DNA from: Felis catus
Taxonomy: Eukaryota
DNA length: 64,000 nt
Reading direction: 5' to 3'
NCBI RefSeq assembly: GCF_018350175.1
Contig: NC_058368.1
Location: 215,142,001 to 215,206,000, forward strand
Part shown: piece after piece, positions 49,998-62,521 of the stretch
Layout: every line of letters starts with the position of its first letter
Numbering within the stretch: position 1 is the first letter of the stretch
Translations under genes and position numbers: made by a program
The notes under the pieces: generated by a model
Databases searched by the model: none
The model's input: only the letters and a program-made list of their open reading frames with translations
Told to the model about the DNA's origin: nothing

Positions 49998-50395
49998 TGT
50001 TATGAACTGAATGTTTATGTCCCCTTTAATTTTACATGTTGGAGACCTAACCCCCAGTTACGCTGTATTTGGAGATGGGGCCGCTAAAGAAATAAGGTTA
50101 AGGATGGGTCTCTGATCAGATAATATTAGTGTCCTTTATAGAAGAATTATCAGAGCACTCCCACCCCTCTCTCTAGCTCTCTTTGTCTCTGTCTCTCTTT
50201 CCGAGGGCTCAAGGAAGGGATCATGTAAGGGCAAAGTGAGATGGCAGCTGCCTGCAAGACCAGAAGAAAACTCTCACCAGAAACCGACCTTGATCTTGGA
50301 CTTCCAGCCTCCAAAACTATAAGAAAATAAATTTCCATTGTTTAAGCCACCTCGTCTGGGGCATGTTGTTGTCTCAGCCTGAGCAGACTAACATA
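49998..50395 (+). mobile_element. Complete MLT1A-like solo LTR
   Basis: Starts tgttatgaactgaatgtttatgtcccc, has ccttgatcttggacttccagcctcc...aataaatttccattgtttaagccac; perfect 5-bp TSD gttcc at 49993-49997 and 50396-50400. Confidence 0.93.
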
Positions 50396-53300
50396 GTTCC
50401 TGAATATGATTTTCCCTTGTTCCTTTTCACATCACTGTACAGTAAAGTATTTTTCATACTGAAATTATTGGGGCAGTGTAACACCTTGGGCTGAATGTAA
50501 ATGTTGTCTTGAGGCATTTCAGTTTAGCTTCCAGAGTTATTACATCTGACCTCAGCATAGTATTCAGGGGATATAGGCATTTGACAGCAGCCTCTGAGAG
50601 CTATGTCTGGGGACATGTATCTTTCTTTCTAGATCCTTATTTTTGTTTGTTTGTTTGTTTGTTTGAATTTTGATCAAATCTATCTAAGTCAAATGTGGGA
50701 AGTCAACTAATTAACACTTAATTGTCCCCCACAAAGCCTTGTAGTAGGAAAATAGAAATGAGAGACTTTTATTTCCAGGTTTAGAATGGGGTTAGGTATG
50801 CTGAAAATTGTTGGGTTATCTTTTGTAACAAATTGTATACTTGAAAAAAATTATCTCTTCTAACAGATTATATACTTGAAAACAATCACTATCCTGAAAC
50901 TAATTTAGATACTAAGATATTCTTAAATACATTTATACATTTACCTCTTTAACTCCATTTTGAATTTTATTATTGTATGTGGTCATTCAAGCAGATCTAG
51001 TCTAGCAAGCTGGCATGAAGCTTGCCTATTATTGGTTGTAAAACTGAATGTTAGACATTTCAATTAGTTAATAGTTTATATTGTTACCTCTTAAGAAACA
51101 GCTTTTACACATATTTTTCTTTTCCAAAATAGTCTCATTTAAATAAAAAGGAAATAGGTCTTTTCTCTAAGATATTGGCAAATATTAAGCAATCTGAATG
51201 ATTTTGATAATCTTATGAAAAATCTTTAAGAATAGTTATTTAGAAAGATTACAGTATTGGAAAGGACCTAAAGAGGTCATTACATTCTTAAGCTGTACTG
51301 GACAGAAAGGTGAAATACCATTTCAATATATTGATTGGAGAAATCCAGGCTGTTAATACCAATGCTATAGCTGTGGCATTATGTGAGACCTTACTATCTT
51401 TATTCATGGTTTATACTATAATTAGTATAGCTGTACTATTAGGAGAGTAAGGATTAATTACACAGGCTATAGGTTGCTTTGCAAATAAACAATCACTTAT
51501 TTATAGGTTAGTTAATGTGATATTGATTCCCCAGCTCATTGTGGACCCAGTGTCAAATCCTGACATTAGTCAGGTAAAGAAACTTTTCCTCAAGGATACA
51601 GCCTGAATTAGTCAATGCTTAATATTTTCTGATTTTGTACAAAAGTACTTTTACAAAGTTTGAAGGATCATAATTTAAATTAAGCTATTTTAATGGATTC
51701 AGGAAGGTGGAATTTTTTCATCTTTGGTTGAGGTTTTCTCTGGAAGTATCTGCCTCTGGAGAAATTAGATTCCATTAACTGTCTGATTCACTTAACCTGC
51801 AATTCTCAGAAAGCAAACAACACTGGCCGTCACCAGAGGCTTTATATTTGAAGAAGAGACCACTTTGGTCTTATAAGCCTGTGGATTCTTTTTCATCTGC
51901 TCAGTGTGCTTAGGTAAATGGTATCTAACTATTTACTCAGAGCCAAAGAGGATGTAAAAAATACTTTCGCTTTCTGGAATTTATCCAAATTAAAAAGTTT
52001 CTATAGAAGTACAACTGGCTTTAATCAGGTCGGTCCTCTACTACCTCTGTGTTTTCTAACTTGTCCATTCTAGACATGCTTTTCTTCTCTGACCCACCTA
52101 TGTGCTTACCATTATTTAGTGGCCATTTATGTTACTTGCCTGATAAAATCCACACGGAAAGGGAATGTGCTATTACTACAACGTGCATAGGTAAGTTTTG
52201 GGATTTGGCAACTATAGTTGTGCATTTATTGAACACTCCCCTGTCTTCTTCATTGACATATAGGAATTATATACTTGATTCACTTTCCTCCCCCAACCCC
52301 CCTGCCAAATGATTCAACTTTAGGATGGAAAAAACAGATGCTGAACTGGTATTAGCAACTTGAATATATATTTACTGCCTTTTTAAGTAAAGTCATTCTA
52401 AGAGTCTAAAAAACACCAAGGATTCTCAGAACTATATATTCAGGCATGCTGAAAAATGTTCTAGGTCTTTCCCTTGGTACTTTTTGCTTTCTGCTCTAAG
52501 TTGAAAGTTGAATGCTTGAAAACCAACACACTGCGGAAAAAACAATTACCTACATAAAAATACTTTATGGAATTGATCTAAGTGGACTTTTATGCCCACT
52601 TACATTGGATGAATTTTCACTAAAATTATGCTTTCAAATATAGTAAAGTGTATAAATTCTGAAAATAACTGCATTTGTCATTTGGAAAGTTTCTCTTCAC
52701 TAAACCTACTTTCCACATGTATCCTGCATAACCTGAGAAGTTGAGGTGGGAGAAACTTCCCATCAAAGGAAAAAACAACAACATGTGTTTAAAAATTTTA
52801 TTATGCTCACACTGTTTTCTCCATTTTATAAAATGTCTCTAAGATATTTTAAAAATTACTGCCAAATATGAAACAAAGAGTAAACTGAAATGTGAGAATT
52901 GCAAAGTTAATATGATGCAAGAATCTCCATGTTGTCTCATTCATGTTGGTTCATGAATTAGAGTGGTAAGAAAAAGCCATGAGCGGTTAAGGGCTCTGTG
53001 CCATGCAAGGTACTGCCTTGCTCAGGATCTTTTCTCATAAAAACTCCTAAGAGCATTGAGAAGAATTATCCTCATATTAAATTCACCAGTGGAAATTATT
53101 GACCTGACTTGGTAGTTAACTGGAAATTCTAACAGCTTACATAAGATGTCTCATCAGAGAAATTTATCTTTTCTGACAGCCACATAGCATTGTGACCATG
53201 AAATAATGGGGTAGAAAAGATCTGTCTTCATATAGTAGGCAGTGAATTCTTTATAAATATCTCCCTATTCTATAGTAATGGAGAGACAAAACAGAAACTC

Positions 53301-53477
53301 AGATTTGAGGGAATGGTTTTTGCTCATGCTGTATTGATTTCGGTTCTATGAAAACTGGCCAATCCCTTAATCTCTTTTGATTTCAATTTTATATTCTATA
53401 AAACAGAAATTAAAATAACCCCTGTTTTTCTTTGTATTTCACAGGAAATTTGTAAGTAATCAAATTTTTAAGCAGTA

Positions 53478-53532
53478 TGTGTGTTCATGTGTTTGTGTGT
53501 ATGTGTGTATGTGTGTGTGTGTGTGGGTGTGT
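53478..53532. repeat. Imperfect (TG)n microsatellite
   Basis: Directly visible. Confidence 0.85.
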
Positions 53533-54179
53533 GAATTAAAACATTTTGAAAAGTGTAAACATCTAATTATCAGACAAGAGAAATAAAAAAAAATAGTCCA
53601 AAAAGAACATTTGTCCCCTTTTATTTGCATAGGAGGCCACTTCAATTTTACCCCCTAAAAATTCACATTTTATGTAGTTCTGTACATTCATTCTTTATGC
53701 CCAAGTCAGTCGAATTGAAATGTGATTTTATTGAGTGTTTATTACATATGGGTACTGGACTAGCCTGGCCTTTAAATAATTTTAATTTCTCTACTTGGAA
53801 AGTTTGGTTCCTATTTTGATGTAAATGAGTTGTTTGTTTGTTTTAACTATGACACTGGTATTTTGAACACATCAGGCATTTTCTTTTCTATCACACCAAT
53901 ATTTGCTTTATAAATTTGTTTCTCACTTCCCACATCTGTACATTCCAATTGCTCTATCATTTTATCTCATTACAGTTTTGAACACAGGGGGGCTTTAGGG
54001 ATCCCTGTATGAAAGATATATTTCTTATTTTTTCTATTCCTCTTTTCAAGTCCAGGTGATAGGTATTTTCTCTCTCTTGAGTTGGAAGCGTGGGGAATAT
54101 CCTCCTTCATTCACCTCCCAGCATCTCAAGAGGTTTAGAAATTATGGAGTTGGTAAAGGTATATTCTGGAGAAGTAACA

Positions 54180-54361
54180 TTTTTTAAATGTTCATTTATT
54201 ATTTTGAGAGAAAGAGAAGGAGGAGGGGAAGAGATAAGGGAGAGAGAGAATCCCAAGTAGGCTCAACCTGTCAGCACAGAGCCCTAAGTGGGGCTTGATC
54301 TCATGAACCGAACTCTGAGCCCAAGTCATATGCTTAACCAACTGAGCCACCCAGGTGCCCC
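54180..54361 (-). mobile_element. Can-SINE with small internal deletion
   Basis: gagaatcccaagtaggctc...cttaaccaactgagccacccaggtgcccc. Confidence 0.92.
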
Positions 54362-54585
54362 ATGAAATAAAGGGTTTTAATATATTAATTCTGATGTATA
54401 TTACAATTAACTTTGAAAAAAATAATTTTTTCATAGATAACATGTTCTTAAGATATGCTAAGATATGCATTTAAAAATGGTTACTATGTGTATATTCTAT
54501 AAGTTCTTTATGTCTGGTATATAATCTCAGGCATTATACAAAAATAGATTTTATTTTATAGCACCTATTAAACACCTATTTTTTT

Positions 54586-54716
54586 AAGTTTATTTTTTAG
54601 AGAAAAAGACAGAACATGCAAGCAGGGGAGGGGCAGAGAGAGAGGGAGAGAGAGAATCTCAAGATGGCTACGCACTGTCAGTGCATACCCCAAGTAGGGC
54701 TCAATCCCACACACTG
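54586..54716 (-). mobile_element. 5'-truncated Can-SINE
   Basis: Stops at gggctcaatcccacacactg; perfect TSD ttaaacacctattttttt at 54568-54585 and 54717-54734. Confidence 0.9.
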
Positions 54717-54734
54717 TTAAACACCTATTTTTTT

Positions 54735-55212
54735 TATTTTAATTTTTGTTTTTTTAATATGAAATTTATTGTCAAATTGATATCCATACAACACAACACC
54801 CAGTGCTCATCCCAACAGGTGCCCTCCTCAATGCCCATCACCTACCCTCCCATCCCTCCCACTCCCCATCAACCCTCAGTTTGTTCTCCATTTTTAAGAG
54901 TCTCTTATGTTTTGGCTCCCTCCCTCTCTCACCTTTTTTTTTTCCCTTCCCCTCCCCCATGGTCTTCTGTTAAGTTTCTCAGGATCCACATAAGAATGAA
55001 AACATATGGTATCTGTCTTTCTCTATATGACTTATTTCACTTAGCATAACACTCTCCGGTTCCATCCACGTTGCCACAAAAGGCCATATTTCATTCTTAT
55101 TGCCACATAGTATTCCATTGTGTATGTGAACCACAATTTCTTTATCCATTCATCAGTTGATGGACATTGAGGCTCTTTCCATACTTTGGCTATTGTTGAA
55201 AGGGCTGCTATA
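54735..55212 (-). mobile_element. Young 5'-truncated felid LINE-1 3' end
   Basis: Highly similar to 12673-13130 (atgaaatttattgtcaaattg...caggatccacataagaatgaaa); followed by taaacccctattttt at 55211-55225. Confidence 0.95.
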
Positions 55213-56270
55213 AACCCCTATTTTTAAATGAGAGACTTAGAGGTGTTAAGTGACTGGTTGAAGGGTCTGTAGCCAAAAGGATGTAGACTCAGAATTCGAG
55301 GTGGAGAAATTTTGCTCTTCACTCTGAACCCACTGAGGACAGCTTCCTCTATGCCTGAAGGATGTCCTGTTTCCTTTATGCCCATCCTGTGGTGGAGTAG
55401 ATGAACAATAACAAAAAAAAAAAATCAAAACTAAGTGAATTGACTTTCTTTAAAGATGTTAGTTTCTCTCAGAACACTAACATGTAATGTACTTGGCAGG
55501 GATGCATATTGCAGGATCACAGTCTGTGTCTATAGGACTGTATCTTCAGTGGATATTTATATGCATGTGCTCCATCTTCTTCATTTGTCTTTCCATCTAG
55601 AACTGGAGTTAACATGCCTGTTAGACATATTCCATTTTTCTGTCTGATTGTTATTTGTCAGTTTCTCTGTCTAGCAATATACTTTAGTATGCACCTAATG
55701 TGTCTACATATATCATTGTTCAACCTCAGAAGGCTTGCTTTGTCCTATTTCATTTTTCAATTCCTTCCCCATCTGAAAGACTTAATGATTTCTATAATAA
55801 TGGCAATGGATGCAATTCATAATCTAACAGCCTTAAATCTGATACTTGAGACTGTAGCAGTGTGCATATTTCCTCTTTCCTCTGATTATTTAATTGTGCT
55901 TGTATCACTCATGTAGACGTGATACTAAAATCAAGAGTTATTGAATTAAGTATATGCTTACTCTGAAATGTGTATTTTTATTGTAAACACATACGTAAAT
56001 TTTTATATGTATATTAACCTTAAACAAGATGTTATGTCACTAAGGTCCCACATCTAACTGACCTTTCATATCCAGTTCAGTGGATTATAGCACAGTGTTT
56101 TAAAGAGTATAAATTTTGTCACAGTGCTTTATAATACGATTCTAAGAAGCTGATGTAAAGACATCTAATTGAAGCAGGAGCATATTTTTTTAATGGCCAG
56201 CTTGGGCAATAGTTCCACCAGAATGCGTAACTCTGCACCAATGATTACTTATAGAAGTATAATTACTTCT

Positions 56271-56473
56271 TTTTTTAATGTTTATTTATTTTTGAGAGAG
56301 AGACAGAGCATGAGTGGGGGAGGATCAGAGAGAGAGGGAGACACAGAATCTGTAGCAGGCTCCAGGCTTTGAGCTGTCAGCACAGAGCCTGACACAGGGC
56401 TTGAACCCATGAACCATGAGATGATGACCTGAGCTGAAGTTGGAAACTTAACTAACTGAGCCACCCAGCGCAC
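56271..56473 (-). mobile_element. Can-SINE
   Basis: TSD gcaccaatgattactt at 56235-56250 and 56470-56485. Confidence 0.95.
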
Positions 56474-56635
56474 CAATGATTACTTCTAACATTGAACAAG
56501 ATAGCTACGTTTTCTAAAATTCCATTTTCTCAAATTGGGATTACAAAATTTGTCTCAAATTGTCACTATGGGATTTTTGCTTCTGGCTATGGTGGAGTAA
56601 TTGGCACCAGATTACCAGGCTAGCTCTCCTGCCAA

Positions 56636-56830
56636 CATATATACATATACACACACATATACATATACATACACATACACGTATATATATACACATACAC
56701 ATATATACATATACATACACACACATATATATACGCATATATGTATATACGTATATACATATATATGTATTCATATACATACACACATATACACATATGC
56801 ATGTATGTATGTATATGTGTATATGTATGT
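56636..56830. repeat. Complex (TA/CA/TG)n microsatellite
   Basis: Nearly continuous alternating purine-pyrimidine tract, CA-rich on the left and TG-rich on the right. Confidence 0.93.
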
Positions 56831-57519
56831 TAACTGGTTTTAGATGTTGCACCTAAGTAGAATTATATTATGATATCTGGGGGAAAAAAAGGGTGTTTAA
56901 GGTGATCCTAGCACTTTGCCTGGAGAAACTTTCCAGATGGCAGTGCAAGAAAGTAATGCTGAGGTTGAATACAGAAACCTTGAGGTATTGAGAAGGGAGA
57001 GATTAGAGTTCGTGGCTTCAGGGTGGTCTGGAATTTGTATGAGAGGACACCAGAATAAGTGTGTTGAATAGAGAAGTTCCTCAGTTTGTTTAGGAGTATT
57101 CTTAAGTTGTTGGCCGTACAATGTATGGTGAATATGCAGGGTGAATCTCCATGAGTCCGACAGAAAAGTTATTTTGAGGTGGTAGATGCTATATAGTGGT
57201 ACACTGGGATATATAAAAATTCCAAAATGGCAGTCAGGAGACCTATTTGAACACCACAGGGATTTGGTTAAACCCCTGAAAGGCCATGCTTAAGGATTAA
57301 GGTGACTGGAGTCTTCCAGGCCTACACTAAGCTAAAAACAAATATGTAAAAGATAAAGCTGATCCTTTATTAAATTAACTAACTAACCCCCAAAAAAGAA
57401 TCTTAATAAGTTTTGAAGGAAGACAATGAAACTCATTCTCAACATGATAGTATCTATAATGACTACCATACAATAAAACATTACTCAATATATAAAACAG
57501 AATAATGGCACCCAAACTG

Positions 57520-57946
57520 TCAACACATATTTTGATGTTATATGCATTATATACTGTCTTGTTACAATCAAGTAAGCTACAGAAAAGAAGATGTTAGGAA
57601 AATCTTAAGGAAGAGAAAATACATTTATAGCTCTGTACTGTATCCAAAAAACTTCACATATAGAGGCACCTGGATGGTTCAGTCGGTTGAGTGTCCGACT
57701 TCGGCTCAGGTCACAATCTCATGGTTTATGAGTTGGAGCCCCGCATCAGGCTCTGTGCTGATGGCTCGGAGCCTGGAGCCTGTTTCTGATTCTGTGACTC
57801 CTTGTCTCTCTGCCCCTCCCCCACTTGTCCTCTGTCTCTCTCTGCCTCTCAAAAATAAATGAATGTTAAAAAAATAAAAAAAAAAAAACCTTCACATATA
57901 AGCAGACCTGGGAAGGTCAAACATGGCTGTTCAAGGGTCAATTGTA
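57520..57946. mobile_element. TcMar-Tigger (Tigger3/MER7-like) terminal fragment split by a SINE
   Basis: aagtaagctacagaaaagaagatgttaggaaaatcttaaggaagagaaaatacattt and terminal tgttcaagggtcaattg followed by TA. Confidence 0.75.
57663..57888 (+). mobile_element. Can-SINE
   Basis: TSD cttcacatata at 57652-57662 and 57890-57900. Confidence 0.95.
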
Positions 57947-58074
57947 CCTAGCAATAGAGTTCAAAATATACTGGAAGGAAAACTGGCAATTGGAAATACC
58001 TCAACTTATAATTACATTGAAAATGTAATCAATCCTCTTTCACTAATAGATTGAACTAGTAGATTGAAAACTTA

Positions 58075-60540
58075 ATAAGATACACACCTATTAGAATAGC
58101 TAATGCCCCCCCCCCCCAAAAAAAAGGACACTACCAGTTACCAGGGAGAATGCAGAGCAATAGAACCCTCATTGATTGCTGTCAGGGAAACCAAAGTGCT
58201 TTCAACTTGGAAGACAATTTGATGGTTTCTTGCAAAGCTAAACATAGTCTTATCATGTAATCCAGCAAACAGGCTCATAGATGTTTTTCCCAACCGATTT
58301 GAAGGCTTACATCCACAAGAGAAAATCCTTTTGAACGTTTAGAGCACCTTCATTCATGATCTCCAAACTGGAGGCACTCAAGATGTTCTTCAATAGGAGA
58401 ACAAAGCATACAATAGAATATTATTCAGTAACAAAAAGAAGTGAGCCATCAAGTCATGAAAAGACATGGATAAATTTAAGTGCATATTGCTAAGTGAAAG
58501 AAGCCAGTCTTTAAAGGTTACATATAATAGATTCTAATAATAGGAGATTCCAGGAAAGACAAAACTATAATGAAGGTAAAAATATTACAGTGGCTTGGGT
58601 TTGGGGTGGAAGTGAAGGGTTGAATAGGTGAAGCACCTGGGATTTTAAGAGCTGGTAAGCCACTCCGATATTATAATGGTAGATACGTGTCATTATGCAT
58701 TTGGCAAAACTATAGACATTCACAGTACAAAGAATAAACCTTAATGTATGTGATTTAAAAGAAACACTCAGGAAGTTAGAGCACCAGGAAGAAATGTAAA
58801 AAGTCACAAACCAACCTAACTGTATTACAAATCTATGACACAAACTACGAAATGGGTTGAGGAGAATAGTGCTAACCTATATAACTTCAGAAAGGGGTGG
58901 AGTCCTAAATCCAAAGGCAAAATAAAGTGTACATAAGTACTGTATGGTAATTGATGAAGTTGCTTCCCTTGAACATTCAGATTAACAATATTGATTATGT
59001 ATGCAGGACTGAAAATTATATAAATTGATGGCATGTGGTGGAAATTAAACCTTTTATTGTTGGAGTGGAAATGTACCAATAATCATGAGCACAAGGCTAA
59101 TGGTCGATGGGGTAATGAATTCTAGTTGGAGATATTAGAGTGAATTAATGCTTAGCTTAATATAGATACAGGTAGTTACACGAGGAAGTATAGATAAGTG
59201 AAGATACATAGTAGTGTATAGGCGTGTAATTCATTGCTATTTCACCAAAAGAGCCTAGAAGCAAAGACACTCTGGTAGCAACCAGCACCCCCAACAACAT
59301 GTCTTGATTTCTAATGCCATTCTCCAATAAAAGGAGCCAAACCTCTTTGGAGAAATGGCTGATCTGGAATTGGTGCCCATAATATAAAAAAATGTAAAAG
59401 ATGATTCTGGAATATGTTAAAAAAACCCACTGACACACATTATGGGAATATGGCAAAGATACATAGTTGGTGCAACTGAAAGAACTCCCAAAACTTTGAG
59501 CACAAAATAAAGTAATATTGCATAATAACCCCAAGTAAAAAATAGTATTCATAATTCCATACCGATACAAATAATTTATGTAAATATACAAATAAATGAA
59601 AGAGACTAAGCAAATCTTATGTGCACAAAAGGTTCCAATAATGTTTGTATATAGACTGCCTTAAAGGACGCTGTGCATAAATCCCCACTTCTTAAGTGTA
59701 GATTGCAGTAGTAACTGCTTTCCAAAAAAGTACAGACAGTACAGGAAGTGGTGGTGGTCGGGGCGGGGGGGGAGAATAATTAGAGAGTGGAGAAATTTAG
59801 CAAACATTACCTGAGCCATGTGATCAATGTCAACATGAATAGTGATAATTCATGTTGATAGTATCTAGCCTTGTTATGATGTGATGAAATGACATGTTAT
59901 GATCCTGGACTCCCCCCGCTGCCCCAACCTCATAGCCCCATTCTAATCGCAACAAAAATATCAGAGAAATTGCAATACTTGAAAAGTCCTAAAAACTGTC
60001 CAGGGTAGCAAAAATAGGGACAATCTGAGAAATTGTCACAGTTTGAAGGAACCTGAGGAGACACTGCAATCCATTGTAATGTGGTATCTTGGATGGAATC
60101 CTGGAACAGGAATAAAAGGCACTAGACACCTGGGTGGCTCATTTGGTTAAGTGTCCAACTTTGGCTCAGGTCATGATTTCGCAGTTTGTGAGTTCGAGCC
60201 CCGCATGGGGCTCTGTGCTAACAGCTCAGACTTGGAGCCTGCTACAGATTCTGTGTCTTCCCCTCTCTCTGGGACATGCTCTGACTCTTTCTGTCTCTCA
60301 ATAATAAATAAATATTAAAAAAAAACAATAAAAAAGGCATTAGGTAAAAACTAAGGGATTTGGAATAAACTATTTTAATTAACAATAGTATAGCAATATT
60401 GGTTCATTAATTATAATAAATGAAACATACTACTTTAAAATAATAATAGGAGAAACTGGGTGCTGGGTACATAGAAATTTTTGGTACTATATGATTTTTC
60501 TGAAAATCTAAAACTGTTCTAAAATTAAAAGTTTTTTTTA
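58075..60540 (+). mobile_element. Ancient L1 (L1MC/MD-like) ORF2 end and long 3' UTR
   Basis: acacacctattagaatagcta...gagaatgcagagcaatagaaccctcatt...catattgctaagtgaaagaagccagtct...tgtaatgtggtatcttggatggaatcctggaacag...aaatctaaaactgttctaaaattaaaag. Confidence 0.85.
60125..60330 (+). mobile_element. Can-SINE
   Basis: TSD aaaaggca(c/t)tag flanking; gagttcgagccc B-box-like motif. Confidence 0.93.
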
Positions 60541-60615
60541 GTATCAACAAGAATGCAGATTTATATATATATTATCAACCAACTTGATCTAATTTTCTTG
60601 GTATAATGCTACATT

Positions 60616-60827
60616 GTTAAAAAAAAGTATATTTATTTTTGAGAGAGAGAGAGAGCACAAAAAGGGGAGGGGGCAGAGAAAGAGAATGAAAGATACAAAA
60701 TCCAAAGCAGTCTCCAGGTTCTGAGCTATCAGTGCAAAGCCCAATGTAGGGCTCAAACCCATGAACTATGAGATCATGACCTGCACCAAAGTCTGAAGCT
60801 TAACCCACTGAGCCACCCAGGTGCCCT
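60616..60827 (-). mobile_element. Can-SINE
   Basis: atccaaagcagtctccaggttctgagct...ctgagccacccaggtgccc. Confidence 0.92.
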
Positions 60828-60862
60828 GATATGAATGCTATATGGAAAACTCACAGCATGTC

Positions 60863-61054
60863 GTGTGCTTGGGTGGCTCAGTCAGTTAAGTGTCCAACTC
60901 TTGTTTTTGGCTCAGGTCATGAAAGTGCAGACCTTGTTTGGGATTCTCTCTTTCCTTCTCTCTCTGCCTCTCCCCTTCTCCTGCACGCGCGCGCGCGCGC
61001 GCTCGCGCTCTCTCTCTCTCTCTCTCTCTCTCAAAATAAATAAATAAAAACTTT
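60863..61054 (+). mobile_element. Can-SINE, internally deleted, with (CG)8 and (CT)n
   Basis: gggtggctcagtcagttaag head; ttgggattctctc; caaaataaataaataaaaa tail. Confidence 0.9.
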
Positions 61055-62250
61055 AAAACCCTCAGTATACATATTCTTTTTACATATGCATGAAACATTC
61101 CCTATGATGGAACTTAATATTCACTGCAATAATGAAACATGATAGTGGCACGTACATGTGCAGTCTCTGGCCTCAGATAACTTATATTACCAATAGAAAA
61201 GGATATCTCAAAAAAATCCAAACGTTTGGAAACTAAAAAAGCAGTCCAGTGTATACATGTGTCAAATATAAAATGACAAGGATAGATGATAAGGAACATG
61301 CAACTTACCTAAATTTTGGGACACAGCTGCAGAGTCTCAGAGGAAAACAATGTATATACCACCAAATTACTGTATTAGAAGAAAGGAAGATTAGAATAAA
61401 TGATATGAAAAGATAGGAGCAGATATCAATAAAATAAACAATAGAGACTATCAATTAAATGAAAATTGGAACAGCATTAATAAAATTAAAAAACCCTAGG
61501 TAGACTTAATATGATTATATATATAATTATATATTAATGCATATTAATGATTTAATTAATGAGTACTTAATTGAATGATAACTATTAAGGATTAATATAT
61601 GACCTTAAAATATTTCAGCATAGCAAATAGTGCAATTTATAAAATGCATTATATACAATGATATTTGTTTTACCTGAGTACAATAGAATTTGGCTTTACA
61701 TTTGAAGAGCAAGCAATAGAATTTATCACATTTGTAGATTAAAACAGAAAAATATGATTATTTTAATGGATTCTGAAAGCCTTTCACACAAAACTAGTAC
61801 CAATTCATGAGAGCAAATTTCTGCAAGAGAATGAAAGGAAGGGATTTCCTCAATATAATAAATAATATCTGATACAAACCTATACCTATAATCCTAATAA
61901 CTGGTACTGAACATTGTACTGAACACGTTTCTCCCAAAAAGAGAAGCAAGGCAAGAATGTTCTCTTTCATTGTTTCTAATCAGCATTATACTAGAGGCAC
62001 TAGTGAATTCAAAAAGGAGAGAAATACATCAAAAAGGTACACAGATAGGATAAGAAGAAATAATTATATATAATTTTTTATAGATGACATAGAGAATGCT
62101 AAGGTATTGGAAAAATGCCTATAGATATAACAAATATATTTAATAAGGTGGCAGGTATAAGGTCAGTATATAAAATTGAATTGAATTCTATTAAAATCAA
62201 ACAAATGGAAAACAGAAGTCTGAAAGTATAATTTAAAATACCATACAAGT

Positions 62251-62521
62251 GGGGCGCCTGGGTGGCGCAGTCGGTTAAGCGTCCGACTTCAGCCAGGTCA
62301 CGATCTCACGGTCGGTGCGTTCGAGCCCCGCGTCAGGCTCTGGGCTGATGGCTCAGAGCCTGGAGCCTGTTTCCGATTCTGTGTCTCCCTCTCTCTCTGC
62401 CCCTCGCCCGTTCATGCTCTGTCTCTCTCTGTCCCAAAAATAAATAAAAAACGTTGAAAAAAAAATAAAAATAAATAAAATAAAAATTCATTCATCTCAA
62501 CCTTCTAAAACTTTCTTAAAA
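62251..62521 (+). mobile_element. Young felid Can-SINE with extra 3' unique tag
   Basis: CpG-rich ggggcgcctgggtggcgcagtcggttaagcg head; perfect TSD aaaataccatacaagtg at 62235-62251 and 62522-62538. Confidence 0.97.

Noticed and set aside
53445..53451. 7-nt microexon (tttcacAG|GAAATTT|GTAAGT)
   Set aside because: Not frame-preserving and lies in a MIR-like remnant; likely chance.
62251..62335. tRNA gene (A/B boxes), here and in other SINE heads
   Set aside because: These are tRNA-derived Can-SINE heads continuing into SINE body, CT tract and tail with TSDs.
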